Of a stretch of DNA of 60,021 nucleotides, positions 1 to 9,261 are shown in pieces. The position numbers and the translations under genes were made by a program. Where the stretch lies: positions 1 through 60,021 of IMG/VR virus record IMGVR_UViG_3300021411_000007. The stretch is one strand, 5' to 3'. Every line of letters begins with the position of its first letter. The first letter of the stretch is position 1. The notes beneath the pieces were generated by a model, which saw nothing but the letters and a program-made list of their open reading frames with translations, searched no databases and was not told the DNA's origin. Origin of the DNA: a virus (lineage: Duplodnaviria > Caudoviricetes).

Positions 1-151
1 TTCGATTTAGTCAGCTTGTGAACGCTCATGGCGAACCTATCGATGAGCAAGGCAACAAGCTCAAAAAGGACTAGGCATGAACAGAGTCGATGCCACAAGT
101 TTGCTCACTCAGCAGTATAGGGAGCTGGTAACCGACACAAAGTTTACCAGC
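1..151. repeat. Terminal direct repeat copy 1 (circular assembly overlap)
   Basis: Matches 59871..60021 except at positions 9 (a vs g) and 134 (g vs a). Confidence 0.97.
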
Positions 152-514
152 CAGCAGACGACCGATGCGTACAACGCGGCTATCGACATGAGCCTGCGCC
201 AACTTGGGACGCAAGAGAGCGATCTGCCAACGACCGATGTACAACAGTCGAGCGTGCTGAAATACATTGCACTGCTCAACTACTACGCTCTGAAGCGGTT
301 CTCGACACTGCTCTCTATCAAGTTCGATGTGAAGGCAGGTAGTGGCGCAGTGGATGCGGCTCGTTCACAAGCTTTCAAGATGGTAGCAACTCTTATGGAG
401 CAAGCAGCAGAGGAATTGACGCAATACGGCATCTTTGTAGGCAGCTCGCAAGGCTTCCAAATCGGGACCATGACGCTCGACTATCAAGAGCCTAGTGTCT
501 TGAGTGAGTTTTAG
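77..514 (+). CDS. Putative head-tail adaptor/connector protein
   Basis: 145 aa, helical; second gene after the major capsid gene across the circular junction. Confidence 0.5.
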   Translation: MNRVDATSLLTQQYRELVTDTKFTSQQTTDAYNAAIDMSLRQLGTQESDLPTTDVQQSSVLKYIALLNYYALKRFSTLLSIKFDVKAGSGAVDAARSQAFKMVATLMEQAAEELTQYGIFVGSSQGFQIGTMTLDYQEPSVLSEF

Positions 515-524
515 AAGAGGGAAT

Positions 525-797
525 ATGGCAAATCAAGTACAGGCACGGTTTAGATTAGCTGAAGATGCAAGGGTTACTGGCTTCAGCAGGCAGAAAAAAG
601 ACGGAACTGGATGGGAGTACTTCAACGGGAACCGCGTCAAACTTTATCCAGTACAAGGTGGTCCGTTTGGAGAGGCAACTCCCCAAGGTGAACTAACCAT
701 GACCATACTCAATCCTGAAGCTGCAAAGATGTTCTCTGAAGCTGAGATGGGTCAAGAGTACGACGTGGTGTTTACGCCTGTGCCTGCCAAAGGATAA
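525..797 (+). CDS. Small phage protein of unknown function
   Basis: RBS GAGG then ATG at 525; motif ATPQGELTMTILNPEAA..F....G.EYDVVFTP. Confidence 0.6.
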   Translation: MANQVQARFRLAEDARVTGFSRQKKDGTGWEYFNGNRVKLYPVQGGPFGEATPQGELTMTILNPEAAKMFSEAEMGQEYDVVFTPVPAKG

Positions 798-800
798 GAC

Positions 801-1163
801 ATGCCAATTTTCACACCAGACGACATGCAGACCTTTGCAGATCTGGCTAGTGATCTTGTTCTCATAGAGGACTGCATTATTGAGAGAGCTTCTGTCAGCA
901 ACAATCAAGTCGATCGAACGACTGTTGAGCAGGTCAAGGCGCTCGCTACCATTCCCAAGCAGCCGCTGCAAGGCCGTATCGGGATGATAGAGGACTATTC
1001 AGGCAATCTCATGTACTGGAATGTACTTTTACCTCTCAATACCAACGTTAGCGAGGGCGATGTGCTCACAATCCAAGGGCAAAGGATGACGGTACAGAAA
1101 GTGCTCACACCAGAGTCTTACAGCGTTTTCGATCAGGTTGAGGCAAGCGGGGTACATGGATGA
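801..1163 (+). CDS. Putative head-closure (stopper) protein
   Basis: Position in neck module; 'VLLPLNTNVSEGDVLTIQGQRMTV' beta pattern typical of head-tail joining proteins. Confidence 0.6.
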   Translation: MPIFTPDDMQTFADLASDLVLIEDCIIERASVSNNQVDRTTVEQVKALATIPKQPLQGRIGMIEDYSGNLMYWNVLLPLNTNVSEGDVLTIQGQRMTVQKVLTPESYSVFDQVEASGVHG

Positions 1164-1660
1164 TTCTCACAAGCAACACATCAGGCCTAGACATGCTCAT
1201 AGCGCGTGTCCGCAAGGCGAGAACTGAGTTGCCACGCATCACCACGAACGCTGCACAACGAGCTGGTGACACCGTGAAAGCCCAACTCGCGAGCGCAGCG
1301 CCACATGGCAGATCAGGAGGACCGCCGCCGCCTGGTGATGCTAGTGGACCTCTAGCAAGCTCTTTCTCTGCACAGGCATCACAGCAAGGTATAGGGGCTC
1401 ATATGGAGCTAAAGACTAGCCAGCCATTAAAGCTGCAGTACGTAACGCTTGGAACCGGGATCTATGCAGGCAAGGGACCTATTAGACCTTTAGTCAAACG
1501 AGCATTGTTTTGGCCGGGCGCCTCGCATCCATATAGATCTGTGAAGGGCATGAAAGGCAAGGACTTTGTGAAACCCATTATCAACAAAGCACCTGATGCG
1601 GTGAAAACTGAGCTTCAGAAGGCAAAGCAAGAGATAGATGCCATCTTAGGAGGTGCTTAG
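1160..1660 (+). CDS. Tail completion / neck protein (HK97 gp10-like)
   Basis: 'YVTLGTGIY..KGPIRP..KRALFWPG..HP..SVKGMKG.DFVKP' motif; position. Confidence 0.7.
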   Translation: MILTSNTSGLDMLIARVRKARTELPRITTNAAQRAGDTVKAQLASAAPHGRSGGPPPPGDASGPLASSFSAQASQQGIGAHMELKTSQPLKLQYVTLGTGIYAGKGPIRPLVKRALFWPGASHPYRSVKGMKGKDFVKPIINKAPDAVKTELQKAKQEIDAILGGA

Positions 1661-2185
1661 ATGCCAGCGCTTAGAGACGCAAACAACCCTAATACAGATA
1701 TCGCTATAATGACACTTTTGAAGTCTATCATGCTTCCTAATACTCAAATAGCCCTATCCAGTCAGTCAGGAAATGGAAGTGAGCTATGCTTTGTGCAAGA
1801 GAAGTACAAGATGTATCTCACTCTCAAGCAGGATACGCCCACGATAGCCGTCAATCTATCGTCAGGACAGCAAACATACTCATTAGAGGCAGAAAGAGCG
1901 TACGAGGGATCGATAGATGTGGATGTGAACTACTATTCTAAATGGAGTGGGCTAGTTGAGGACCTTGACACGATTTATGCAAACATAGCTGCTGATTTAG
2001 AGCGACTGAAAGCCAATATTGAAAGCAATGATGCTACTGAGTATGGAGGTACAAATCACACTATCAGCATTGAAAAGATTGTACTCTCTCCATATGATGG
2101 AATGCTTGATGATGCACTTCCAGGATTGTCACTTATCAAGCGTATTATGACTATCACCTATAACGTACTGCCATACGGCGCTTAA
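1661..2185 (+). CDS. Putative tail terminator protein
   Basis: 174 aa; position after neck gene and before tail tube. Confidence 0.5.
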   Translation: MPALRDANNPNTDIAIMTLLKSIMLPNTQIALSSQSGNGSELCFVQEKYKMYLTLKQDTPTIAVNLSSGQQTYSLEAERAYEGSIDVDVNYYSKWSGLVEDLDTIYANIAADLERLKANIESNDATEYGGTNHTISIEKIVLSPYDGMLDDALPGLSLIKRIMTITYNVLPYGA

Positions 2186-2203
2186 CATAGAAAGGAGGCA
2201 TAG

Positions 2204-2674
2204 ATGCCAGAAATACCAGAGGGACTTGCAGGTGCTCGCTACAAAGGCCATGGCACGGGTCTGCAACAGCACGTGAAATACTACAACATCGATGGCAGAC
2301 TTCGCAAGGATGCAATGGGGGAGCAGAGGGCACTCTCACTTGAGCCCGGTGATGAGATCATGTTTCAGGATGAGGACGTGTATGGCAAGACGCTATGGCA
2401 CGATCCTAACCAGAACTTGCCGTCCCAGTACATCGGCTTGGGGAAAGTCGTCAAACCTGAGCATGCAGGCAAAGACGATCAGGAATTGCAGGAAATCGGG
2501 TATGAATGGCACATGCCACGGCCTGATGTTGAGCCTGTCGAGCCTCTTGAGGACTTCTTGAAACGACGTAAGAATGCAGGAAAGAAGGAAAAGGCTAGAG
2601 AGACATCACAGGCCATCATTGTTGATCAATCTGCTGAGGATATTCCTGCTCAGCAAGAAAGCGAGCAACTCTAA
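2204..2674 (+). CDS. Hypothetical protein (tail module)
   Basis: Strong RBS GAAAGGAGG; stop overlaps tail tube start. Confidence 0.55.
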   Translation: MPEIPEGLAGARYKGHGTGLQQHVKYYNIDGRLRKDAMGEQRALSLEPGDEIMFQDEDVYGKTLWHDPNQNLPSQYIGLGKVVKPEHAGKDDQELQEIGYEWHMPRPDVEPVEPLEDFLKRRKNAGKKEKARETSQAIIVDQSAEDIPAQQESEQL

Positions 2675-3939
2675 TGCCAACTGTATTAGTTCCATTTAGA
2701 GGCAGCAACGCTTATCTAGGCTTTTCAGAAGAGACGACACCCGGTACGCCTGTAGCACCTTCTATCTTCCCGCGATGGAAGAATGGCACCAAGATTGAAA
2801 TCACTCTCAACACTGAGGAGATAGAAGAAGGCGATGGAAGCCGTCGCACTACTCTGCTCATAAAAAACGGGCAGATGGTCAAGATCAAATACACGGGCTC
2901 TCTCAGGCCGAATGAGAAGGGCTATTTTGAGAAGTGGGCAGCGGGTGCGAGCAGTGATACCTACACGGGTCCTACAGTATCTACCACACTGAGTGCATTG
3001 ACGGCTGTTAATGCGGCAAGCATCACAGTAGCAGCAAATACCGGCCTTACAGGATCAGGAACGATTGCGCTTGTCCTGGAAGCAGGAACCGCTACAGAAG
3101 AGATAGCGATTTTCACCATACCTGCTACAGGGACCGGGCCATACACGTTGGCAGTGGACAGCAGCTATAACGGTGGTCACTTGAGGCTTGCTCATGCCAA
3201 TGCTGGTACCGTCAAAAGCAAAGCGTCTCATGTCATCACTGATCAGAACGAAGGCCCGTACATCACTGCTGAGGCTGGATTCGGAAACTTGTATAGTGCA
3301 GGTGGAACCGCTATCCGCATCAGGTCGTGCAAGATCGACAAATTTACGACCACAGGAGAGCATGGCAAAATTCTCATTGATGAGATTGAGGTGACCGGCA
3401 TCGCCTCGACTGTCCAAGGCAGCCCTGCTACAATCACGCTCGAGCAGCATGCTCCATTCCTATTCACGCAAGGTGCCTACACTGCTGACGGAGCGTCCAC
3501 AGGGCAAGCTCTACGCAAATTCATCTTGGAGCGTAGCAATAACCTTGATAGCGACACGCAAGGCGAAGGGTTAAACCCTACCTGTATCAACTTTACAAAG
3601 CTTGATGTGAAGCTCAAATACTCATTGATACTCACCGCATTTTCCAAGATCTACAACACCTTCTATGGAAGCCCAACAGGCACAACTGACTCCGTGCAAG
3701 TAGGCTATGGCGCTTTCAATGCGCTCTTTACCCAGCCAGACACGCTCAACACGCTTCAGTACAACATTTTGACGGTGGGCTACACCAATTCTCCATGGCC
3801 AGACCCACAAGAAGATGGGAAACATTGGGATATTGACTACGAGGGAACGAGCGTCGTTGTGCCACCGAGTGGCTCCGGTCCGAACAATGCATACAAATTG
3901 CAGACAACACTTACCAATACGCAGTATGGAGCTTACTAG
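2674..3939 (+). CDS. Major tail (tube) protein with inserted Thr/Ala-rich domain
   Basis: N-terminal 'YLGFSEETTPGTPVAP' tail-tube motif; precedes chaperone and tape measure genes. Confidence 0.8.
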   Translation: MPTVLVPFRGSNAYLGFSEETTPGTPVAPSIFPRWKNGTKIEITLNTEEIEEGDGSRRTTLLIKNGQMVKIKYTGSLRPNEKGYFEKWAAGASSDTYTGPTVSTTLSALTAVNAASITVAANTGLTGSGTIALVLEAGTATEEIAIFTIPATGTGPYTLAVDSSYNGGHLRLAHANAGTVKSKASHVITDQNEGPYITAEAGFGNLYSAGGTAIRIRSCKIDKFTTTGEHGKILIDEIEVTGIASTVQGSPATITLEQHAPFLFTQGAYTADGASTGQALRKFILERSNNLDSDTQGEGLNPTCINFTKLDVKLKYSLILTAFSKIYNTFYGSPTGTTDSVQVGYGAFNALFTQPDTLNTLQYNILTVGYTNSPWPDPQEDGKHWDIDYEGTSVVVPPSGSGPNNAYKLQTTLTNTQYGAY

Positions 3940-4440
3940 ATGAACAATGGAACAATTGAGGCTGATTTCAAGCAATTGAAAGCCTCACCTAAGCAGCAGG
4001 TACCCAGTGCCGTGAACATGGATGAAGTCAACCGCGAAACCATCCATGTGACTGTCCTGCTCTACAAGGATGAGCCGCTCTTTGATGATGAGGGTGAGCC
4101 ATTCTGTGATGAGAATGGCAATCAGCATGTGGGCCGTGTGCTCTCTGGCTCAAGAACTGCCAAGATCAAGAACATTGTCCCAACTGACTCTTATCACGAA
4201 GCTATAGAGATCAGTAACGGTTTTGCGGGTGGCATGCCAAACAAAGAGCAGTTAGATCAAATGACGGATATGGTCCTTGGTTGTTGGCAGATTAGTGAAC
4301 CGTTCATGACAAAAAGAGCACTGAGGGAGGGCGTGAATGGTGACTACATCATGGCTCTTTTTGGGCGTTTTTTCAATCAGGAGAGCCTCCCATCGAATGC
4401 CAGTCCCTCGACCGGAGGAAGTACAACGCAAGACGGGTAA
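3940..4440 (+). CDS. Tail assembly chaperone (lambda gpG analogue)
   Basis: Between tail tube and tape measure genes; contains a slippery site. Confidence 0.75.
   Translation: MNNGTIEADFKQLKASPKQQVPSAVNMDEVNRETIHVTVLLYKDEPLFDDEGEPFCDENGNQHVGRVLSGSRTAKIKNIVPTDSYHEAIEISNGFAGGMPNKEQLDQMTDMVLGCWQISEPFMTKRALREGVNGDYIMALFGRFFNQESLPSNASPSTGGSTTQDG
4368..4374 (+). other. -1 programmed ribosomal frameshift site T TTT TTC
   Basis: Codons CGT TTT TTC; the -1 frame is open from 4368 to 4892. Confidence 0.8.
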
Positions 4441-4892
4441 GCTCTCCTATTATCGTTGATAGCGTCCCTACTGATCCTGACTGCGATTGGGATGCACAAG
4501 CAATCAAAAACGCATTGCAGCAAGCGCATGAGTTCGAAGATGAGGGTGACGCTGAGGCGGCAAACCTGCTTAGAGCACAAGCTGCTCAGGCGAAAGCCAA
4601 GCTAGATGGCACTGAGGAGGCTAGCACAGCCTTAGAGCCGTATGACCCGATGAAGATACGTGCCCGCTTGCTCTATCACTATCCAGGGCTCACACGGCAC
4701 GATCTGAAGACCATGGATTACAGGGAATACTTCGGATTTATTCGAGAGCTCAGCATCATTTTGCAGGAAAAGGCAGAAGCAGAGGGAGGGACAGACAAAC
4801 CCAAGAAGCAGCCACAAGGCGAGATCAACGCAATGCTCAATCAATTCCCACAACCACAAGAGTACACGGGAGAAGTAATTCAACTGATTTAG
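4368..4892 (+). CDS. Tail assembly chaperone -1 frame extension (gpGT analogue)
   Basis: Stop-free -1 frame that includes the 4515..4892 ORF, which has no good start/RBS of its own. Confidence 0.75.
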   Translation, partial: FFQSGEPPIECQSLDRRKYNARRVSSPIIVDSVPTDPDCDWDAQAIKNALQQAHEFEDEGDAEAANLLRAQAAQAKAKLDGTEEASTALEPYDPMKIRARLLYHYPGLTRHDLKTMDYREYFGFIRELSIILQEKAEAEGGTDKPKKQPQGEINAMLNQFPQPQEYTGEVIQLI

Positions 4893-4899
4893 AGGTAAC

Positions 4900-7800
4900 A
4901 TGGCAGACCAAACGATCTGGAAACTTGATCTACAAGCAGGCAACTCGGACGCGGTTCTCAAGAGTTTTGAGAACAGTCTGAACGTGGCCAAAGATAAGAT
5001 CAACCAGGTTGTAGCGGCTGGCGAGAACTTCTCAAAATTGGACAGCTTCCAACAAAAAGCGGCTGAGGCTGCAAAGAAACTCGAGGTAGCACAAGCCTCT
5101 GCGGCACTCGCACTCAAGAAAGCTCAGGATGCTGCTACAGGTGGCAAAGTCAGCGCTGAGCAGTTGGCACTCATGCAGGCCAAGGCAGGCCTCGCTGCTG
5201 AGAATGTCACGAACAAAGAGAACGCGCTTGGCGGGGCCATGGCAAAAGTTCAGCTAGAAGCCGATCGGCTCAATACTGCGATGGCAGAAGACGCTGTGAA
5301 GTGTGAATCACTCGGCAAGATCTTTACTTTCCTCAAGGAAACAGCAGAGTCCGCTGCAAGTGGGATACAGGTGGGATTTGAGGGCGTCAAGACCGTCATA
5401 GGCGTTGTCTCTGAGAAGGTGGCAAGCTTTGCGAGCACTGTCCGTGAGAATATGGAGAGTGCCAAGACTGAGATAGTCCAGACTGAGGAGGCAACTCAAG
5501 AAGCATCTAGCAGTATGCTCTCAGGATTTAAAGAGTCCGGTGGTGGATTGCTCGAGTTTGCGTCTAAGGCTGGTCTCGCCTTTATGGGCATCCAAATGGC
5601 TATCCAGACCGTCAAATCTTCCATTGATGCGGTCATAGGCCCGGCAGAAACCTATCAGCAGGTCCTCAAACAGACCAACGATGTGCTCGCATCCACCAAG
5701 AACTCTGCAGGTATGTCAGCTAAAGCCATTCAAGATCTCGCAACCTCCCTTGGTCAGTCAACCTTCTTTTCCAGGGATGCTGTTCAGGCAGGCGAGAACC
5801 TTCTCTTGACCTTCACAGGCATAGGCAAGGATGTATTCCCGCTCGCAACCAAGACCATGCTCGACATGAGCAAGGCCATGGGTCAAGATGTCAAATCGAC
5901 TGCTATCCAAATGGGCAAGGCCCTCAACGACCCCGCCAAAGGGCTCACAGCCTTGACGCGTGTGGGTGTGACGTTCACCGATCAGCAGAAGAACATGATC
6001 AAGACCATGGTAGCGGCTGGCAACACTGCCGGGGCTCAAAAGATCATGCTGCAAGAGCTTCAAAGGGAGTTTGGTGGGAGTGCTGATGCTACGCAGACCT
6101 TTGCAGGAAAATGGCAGATCCTCCAAAACCAGATGAACGACTTCAAAGAGAACATCGGCATGGCGATTATGCCTATCCTCTCTCAGCTCATGGATTTCAT
6201 CAGTGGCGCTATCATGCCAGTCTTTGAAGCCTTCGCAAGCTTTATACAGAACGTTGTGACACCTGCTATCACCGCTTTTGGCAATTATATCCAGAAGAAT
6301 ATTTTCTCTATCCTGATAACCTGGGGAAATATCGTCAAGTCCTGGGTGCTCGACAAGCTCAACGACCTCAAGAGCTTTATCGATGCCAATATCATGCCTG
6401 TCCTCTCTAACTTTTGGGGCTTTATCCAGAACAAAATCATCCCTGTCTTGCAGAGCTGGGGAGGAAACGTCAAGAATTGGGTACTTGATAAGCTGGGGGA
6501 CCTACGAAACTACATAGATGCGCAAATCATGCCCAAATTAAGTGGTTTCAGAGACTACATTCAATCTCAGATTGTCCCTACTCTACAGTCTTGGGGCCAC
6601 AATATACAGACGTGGGCGATAGATAAGTTTGCAGATCTCAAAAACTATATACAAGCGAATGTACTGCCACATCTGATTATCTTCTGGAATTATATACAAA
6701 AGCAGATTGTCCCTATATTGCAGCAATGGGGACATAACATACAAGTATACGTCCTTGACAAGCTAAATGACCTTAAAACCTTCATTCAAAATCATATCTT
6801 GCCTGTTTTAATGGATTGGGGACATTATATCCAGATTTACGCTATTCAAAAGCTTACAGACCTGAAAGTCTTTATCGATACTCAGGTAATGCCAAAATTG
6901 GCTGTGTTCTGGTCTTATATCAACACTCAGATTATCCCAACATTGCAGAATTGGGGCAATAACATCAAATCATACGTGATAGATAAATTTAACGATTTGA
7001 AGACGTATATCGAGACTCAGCTCATGCCTAAGCTAAGCACCTTCTGGAATTACATTCTAACGCAAATAATACCCACTTTACAGTCATGGGGGAACAATAT
7101 CAAGACGTGGGTGCTTGATAAGCTGGCAGATCTTAAAACGTTTATTGAGACGCAAGTCATTCCTAAGCTGCAGCAGTTGTGGACATTTATCACTACACAA
7201 CTCGTGCCTGTATTTACGTCGTGGGGAGATGAGCTGGGAAATGTGCGAACGAAATTCGATGACCTCAAGACCTACATAGATACTCAGTTCATGCCTCCCC
7301 TGCGCGCTATGTGGACATTTATCCAGACCAGCATTGTGCCCATTTTCCAGGAAATAGGCAGTGTTATGTCAACTGATGTGATGCCTCACATGGATAATCT
7401 GAAGGCAAGCACGGATCATTTGGTAACCAGCTTGGGTAACCTCTGGGATAAGATATCGCCCACTCTTTTACCAGTCCTGGCTGCTCTAGGGTTGTCGGCT
7501 GGTGTCGAAACAAAAGGCAAACTTGATGGTATGAAAGGCGCGGTTGATGGTGTTGGAGGCGCAATTAATGTATTTCTTACAGGGATAAATCAGGGGATAG
7601 ACGCTCTCTCAACTCTGATCGACTGGCTGTCTACTGCCATCGGGTGGATCAATCAATTTCAAGCAGGAATGACCAATGCTGCAGTGGACATCATCAACTT
7701 TCTATCGGGTGGAACTACCAACCTAAAACATGTGACTGCGAGCGGTGGGACGGTAGCAACTAGCAATCCCGGCGGCGGGTCGGTAGGCCACTTTGCCTCT

Positions 7801-8169
7801 GGTATCGAGAACTTTGGTGGGGGCCTTGCCTACGTGCATGCCAACGAGATGCTGGTCAATCTGCCCAAAGACATGTCAGTGTGGAATCCGGCAAAGACTG
7901 CTCAATTTATGGCTGGTCTCAAACTCCCAACTCCTAACGTCACGATGTCAGCTCAGTCATCCTCAAGCACATCACAGAGTGGCAACAATGATCAGGTCGT
8001 CGGCCTGCTAGCGGCTATCCTGGACGCGCTACAGAAGCAAGGCAAGGGTGGCAACATCTCAATGCACGCCAATGTTGCATCAGGCTCTGTAAATGGTCAG
8101 CTCATCAACCAGCTTGTGCAGAGCTTGGGTGGATACGGCTATGAATCGGTCGCAAGGGGGTCAGGATAA
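4900..8169 (+). CDS. Tail tape measure protein
   Basis: 1089 aa; Ala/Gln-rich helical N-terminus, TMP core ('GKALNDP.KGLTALTRVGV'), Trp/Phe-periodic repeats, 'HFASG...F.GG.A.V' C-terminal motif. Confidence 0.92.
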   Translation: MADQTIWKLDLQAGNSDAVLKSFENSLNVAKDKINQVVAAGENFSKLDSFQQKAAEAAKKLEVAQASAALALKKAQDAATGGKVSAEQLALMQAKAGLAAENVTNKENALGGAMAKVQLEADRLNTAMAEDAVKCESLGKIFTFLKETAESAASGIQVGFEGVKTVIGVVSEKVASFASTVRENMESAKTEIVQTEEATQEASSSMLSGFKESGGGLLEFASKAGLAFMGIQMAIQTVKSSIDAVIGPAETYQQVLKQTNDVLASTKNSAGMSAKAIQDLATSLGQSTFFSRDAVQAGENLLLTFTGIGKDVFPLATKTMLDMSKAMGQDVKSTAIQMGKALNDPAKGLTALTRVGVTFTDQQKNMIKTMVAAGNTAGAQKIMLQELQREFGGSADATQTFAGKWQILQNQMNDFKENIGMAIMPILSQLMDFISGAIMPVFEAFASFIQNVVTPAITAFGNYIQKNIFSILITWGNIVKSWVLDKLNDLKSFIDANIMPVLSNFWGFIQNKIIPVLQSWGGNVKNWVLDKLGDLRNYIDAQIMPKLSGFRDYIQSQIVPTLQSWGHNIQTWAIDKFADLKNYIQANVLPHLIIFWNYIQKQIVPILQQWGHNIQVYVLDKLNDLKTFIQNHILPVLMDWGHYIQIYAIQKLTDLKVFIDTQVMPKLAVFWSYINTQIIPTLQNWGNNIKSYVIDKFNDLKTYIETQLMPKLSTFWNYILTQIIPTLQSWGNNIKTWVLDKLADLKTFIETQVIPKLQQLWTFITTQLVPVFTSWGDELGNVRTKFDDLKTYIDTQFMPPLRAMWTFIQTSIVPIFQEIGSVMSTDVMPHMDNLKASTDHLVTSLGNLWDKISPTLLPVLAALGLSAGVETKGKLDGMKGAVDGVGGAINVFLTGINQGIDALSTLIDWLSTAIGWINQFQAGMTNAAVDIINFLSGGTTNLKHVTASGGTVATSNPGGGSVGHFASGIENFGGGLAYVHANEMLVNLPKDMSVWNPAKTAQFMAGLKLPTPNVTMSAQSSSSTSQSGNNDQVVGLLAAILDALQKQGKGGNISMHANVASGSVNGQLINQLVQSLGGYGYESVARGSG
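6322..7350 (+). repeat. Tandem 135-bp (45-aa) degenerate repeats in tape measure gene
   Basis: 'WG.NI..W..DK..DLK..I...I.P.L..FW..I...I.P.LQ.' about 8 times, one unit 30 aa. Confidence 0.9.
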
Positions 8170-9243
8170 ATGCCAAATTATACACTTGGCTCCTTTGTTC
8201 TTAGTGGCAACTCTCTAGGACTAGGTTACTTCTTTATATCCAAGCCGTTAGACATGCCCACGGTAAGCCCTATCACGTTTTCAATCGCTCGTAGAGACGG
8301 GCTCAAAAAGAGCGGTGAAACCGTTGGTTCTCGCGAGATTAATGTGGTCATTAAGGTAGTCGGTAGCTCACGATCTGATCTTATCAGCAGACTGGACTCT
8401 CTTCAGCAAGCTTTATCGCTTCGATCACAGTCGCTCATGATCCATGAAGACGCGACAGCCCGCTACTATCAAAATGTGGATTGTGTGAGCGCAACCGCTC
8501 CTCTAGGGCCTGGAAACGTCGTGAGCTGTCCGGTAGCTATCAAATTCATAGCTTACGATCCCTACGCTTATGCTGCTACATCTTCTAGCTATGATACAGG
8601 TACAGTTGTACTCACACTTGCTAGTAGCTTGTGGAACTTTGCCGCTATAAATATCACAGGCGGTGGCACCTACTACTCATATCCGCTTTTACACCTGATA
8701 AATAAGACATCGACTGGCTCTACTACGCTCACCACGGCTCGCAACTCAGGGACAGGCTATACTACGTTACCTGTAGCTGCTACGAGCTTTAGCGGTGCTA
8801 TTGGTGACGATCTTGTCCTGAGCAATGGTGTAACCACGCAGTCTGTAAACGTGGCCACGGCTTTCTCAGTAGGTGCTACGACGATCACGGTAACGAGCTT
8901 CACAGCTAATGCTACCTATGCCATTGGAGCTACTGTCACCAAGGATACCCAGTGGAATAATATCCAGATCTCGCAGACTCAGGACAGCCAAACGCTCTCT
9001 ACCAACTCAACGGCAAGCGTACCTCTTCCTAAGCTCAATGCTGACTACTGCGACATCCAATGTGACCCTGCTCAAACCAATGGCATGAATATTCAGACCA
9101 ACTCATCAGGCAAGTTTTCGGACCCGGTGGGCCTCTTTGCCGTGGTGGAACCCGGGACAACGACATTCAATATAGGCATATCTAGCAATTCTGCTGTATC
9201 TGCTGAGTGTATCATTTCTTGGGTTCCTAGATACTTATCTTGA
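8170..9243 (+). CDS. Distal tail protein (Dit-like)
   Basis: Directly follows TMP; 'IKFIAYDPYAY' motif; Thr-rich insertion. Confidence 0.75.
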   Translation: MPNYTLGSFVLSGNSLGLGYFFISKPLDMPTVSPITFSIARRDGLKKSGETVGSREINVVIKVVGSSRSDLISRLDSLQQALSLRSQSLMIHEDATARYYQNVDCVSATAPLGPGNVVSCPVAIKFIAYDPYAYAATSSSYDTGTVVLTLASSLWNFAAINITGGGTYYSYPLLHLINKTSTGSTTLTTARNSGTGYTTLPVAATSFSGAIGDDLVLSNGVTTQSVNVATAFSVGATTITVTSFTANATYAIGATVTKDTQWNNIQISQTQDSQTLSTNSTASVPLPKLNADYCDIQCDPAQTNGMNIQTNSSGKFSDPVGLFAVVEPGTTTFNIGISSNSAVSAECIISWVPRYLS

Positions 9244-9261
9244 TAGAAAGGAGGCGAGAGC

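Noticed and set aside
1-151. Terminal repeat as a biological direct terminal repeat
   Set aside because: It is about one read long, falls inside genes and has mismatches near its ends. It is more likely assembly overlap of a circular or permuted genome.
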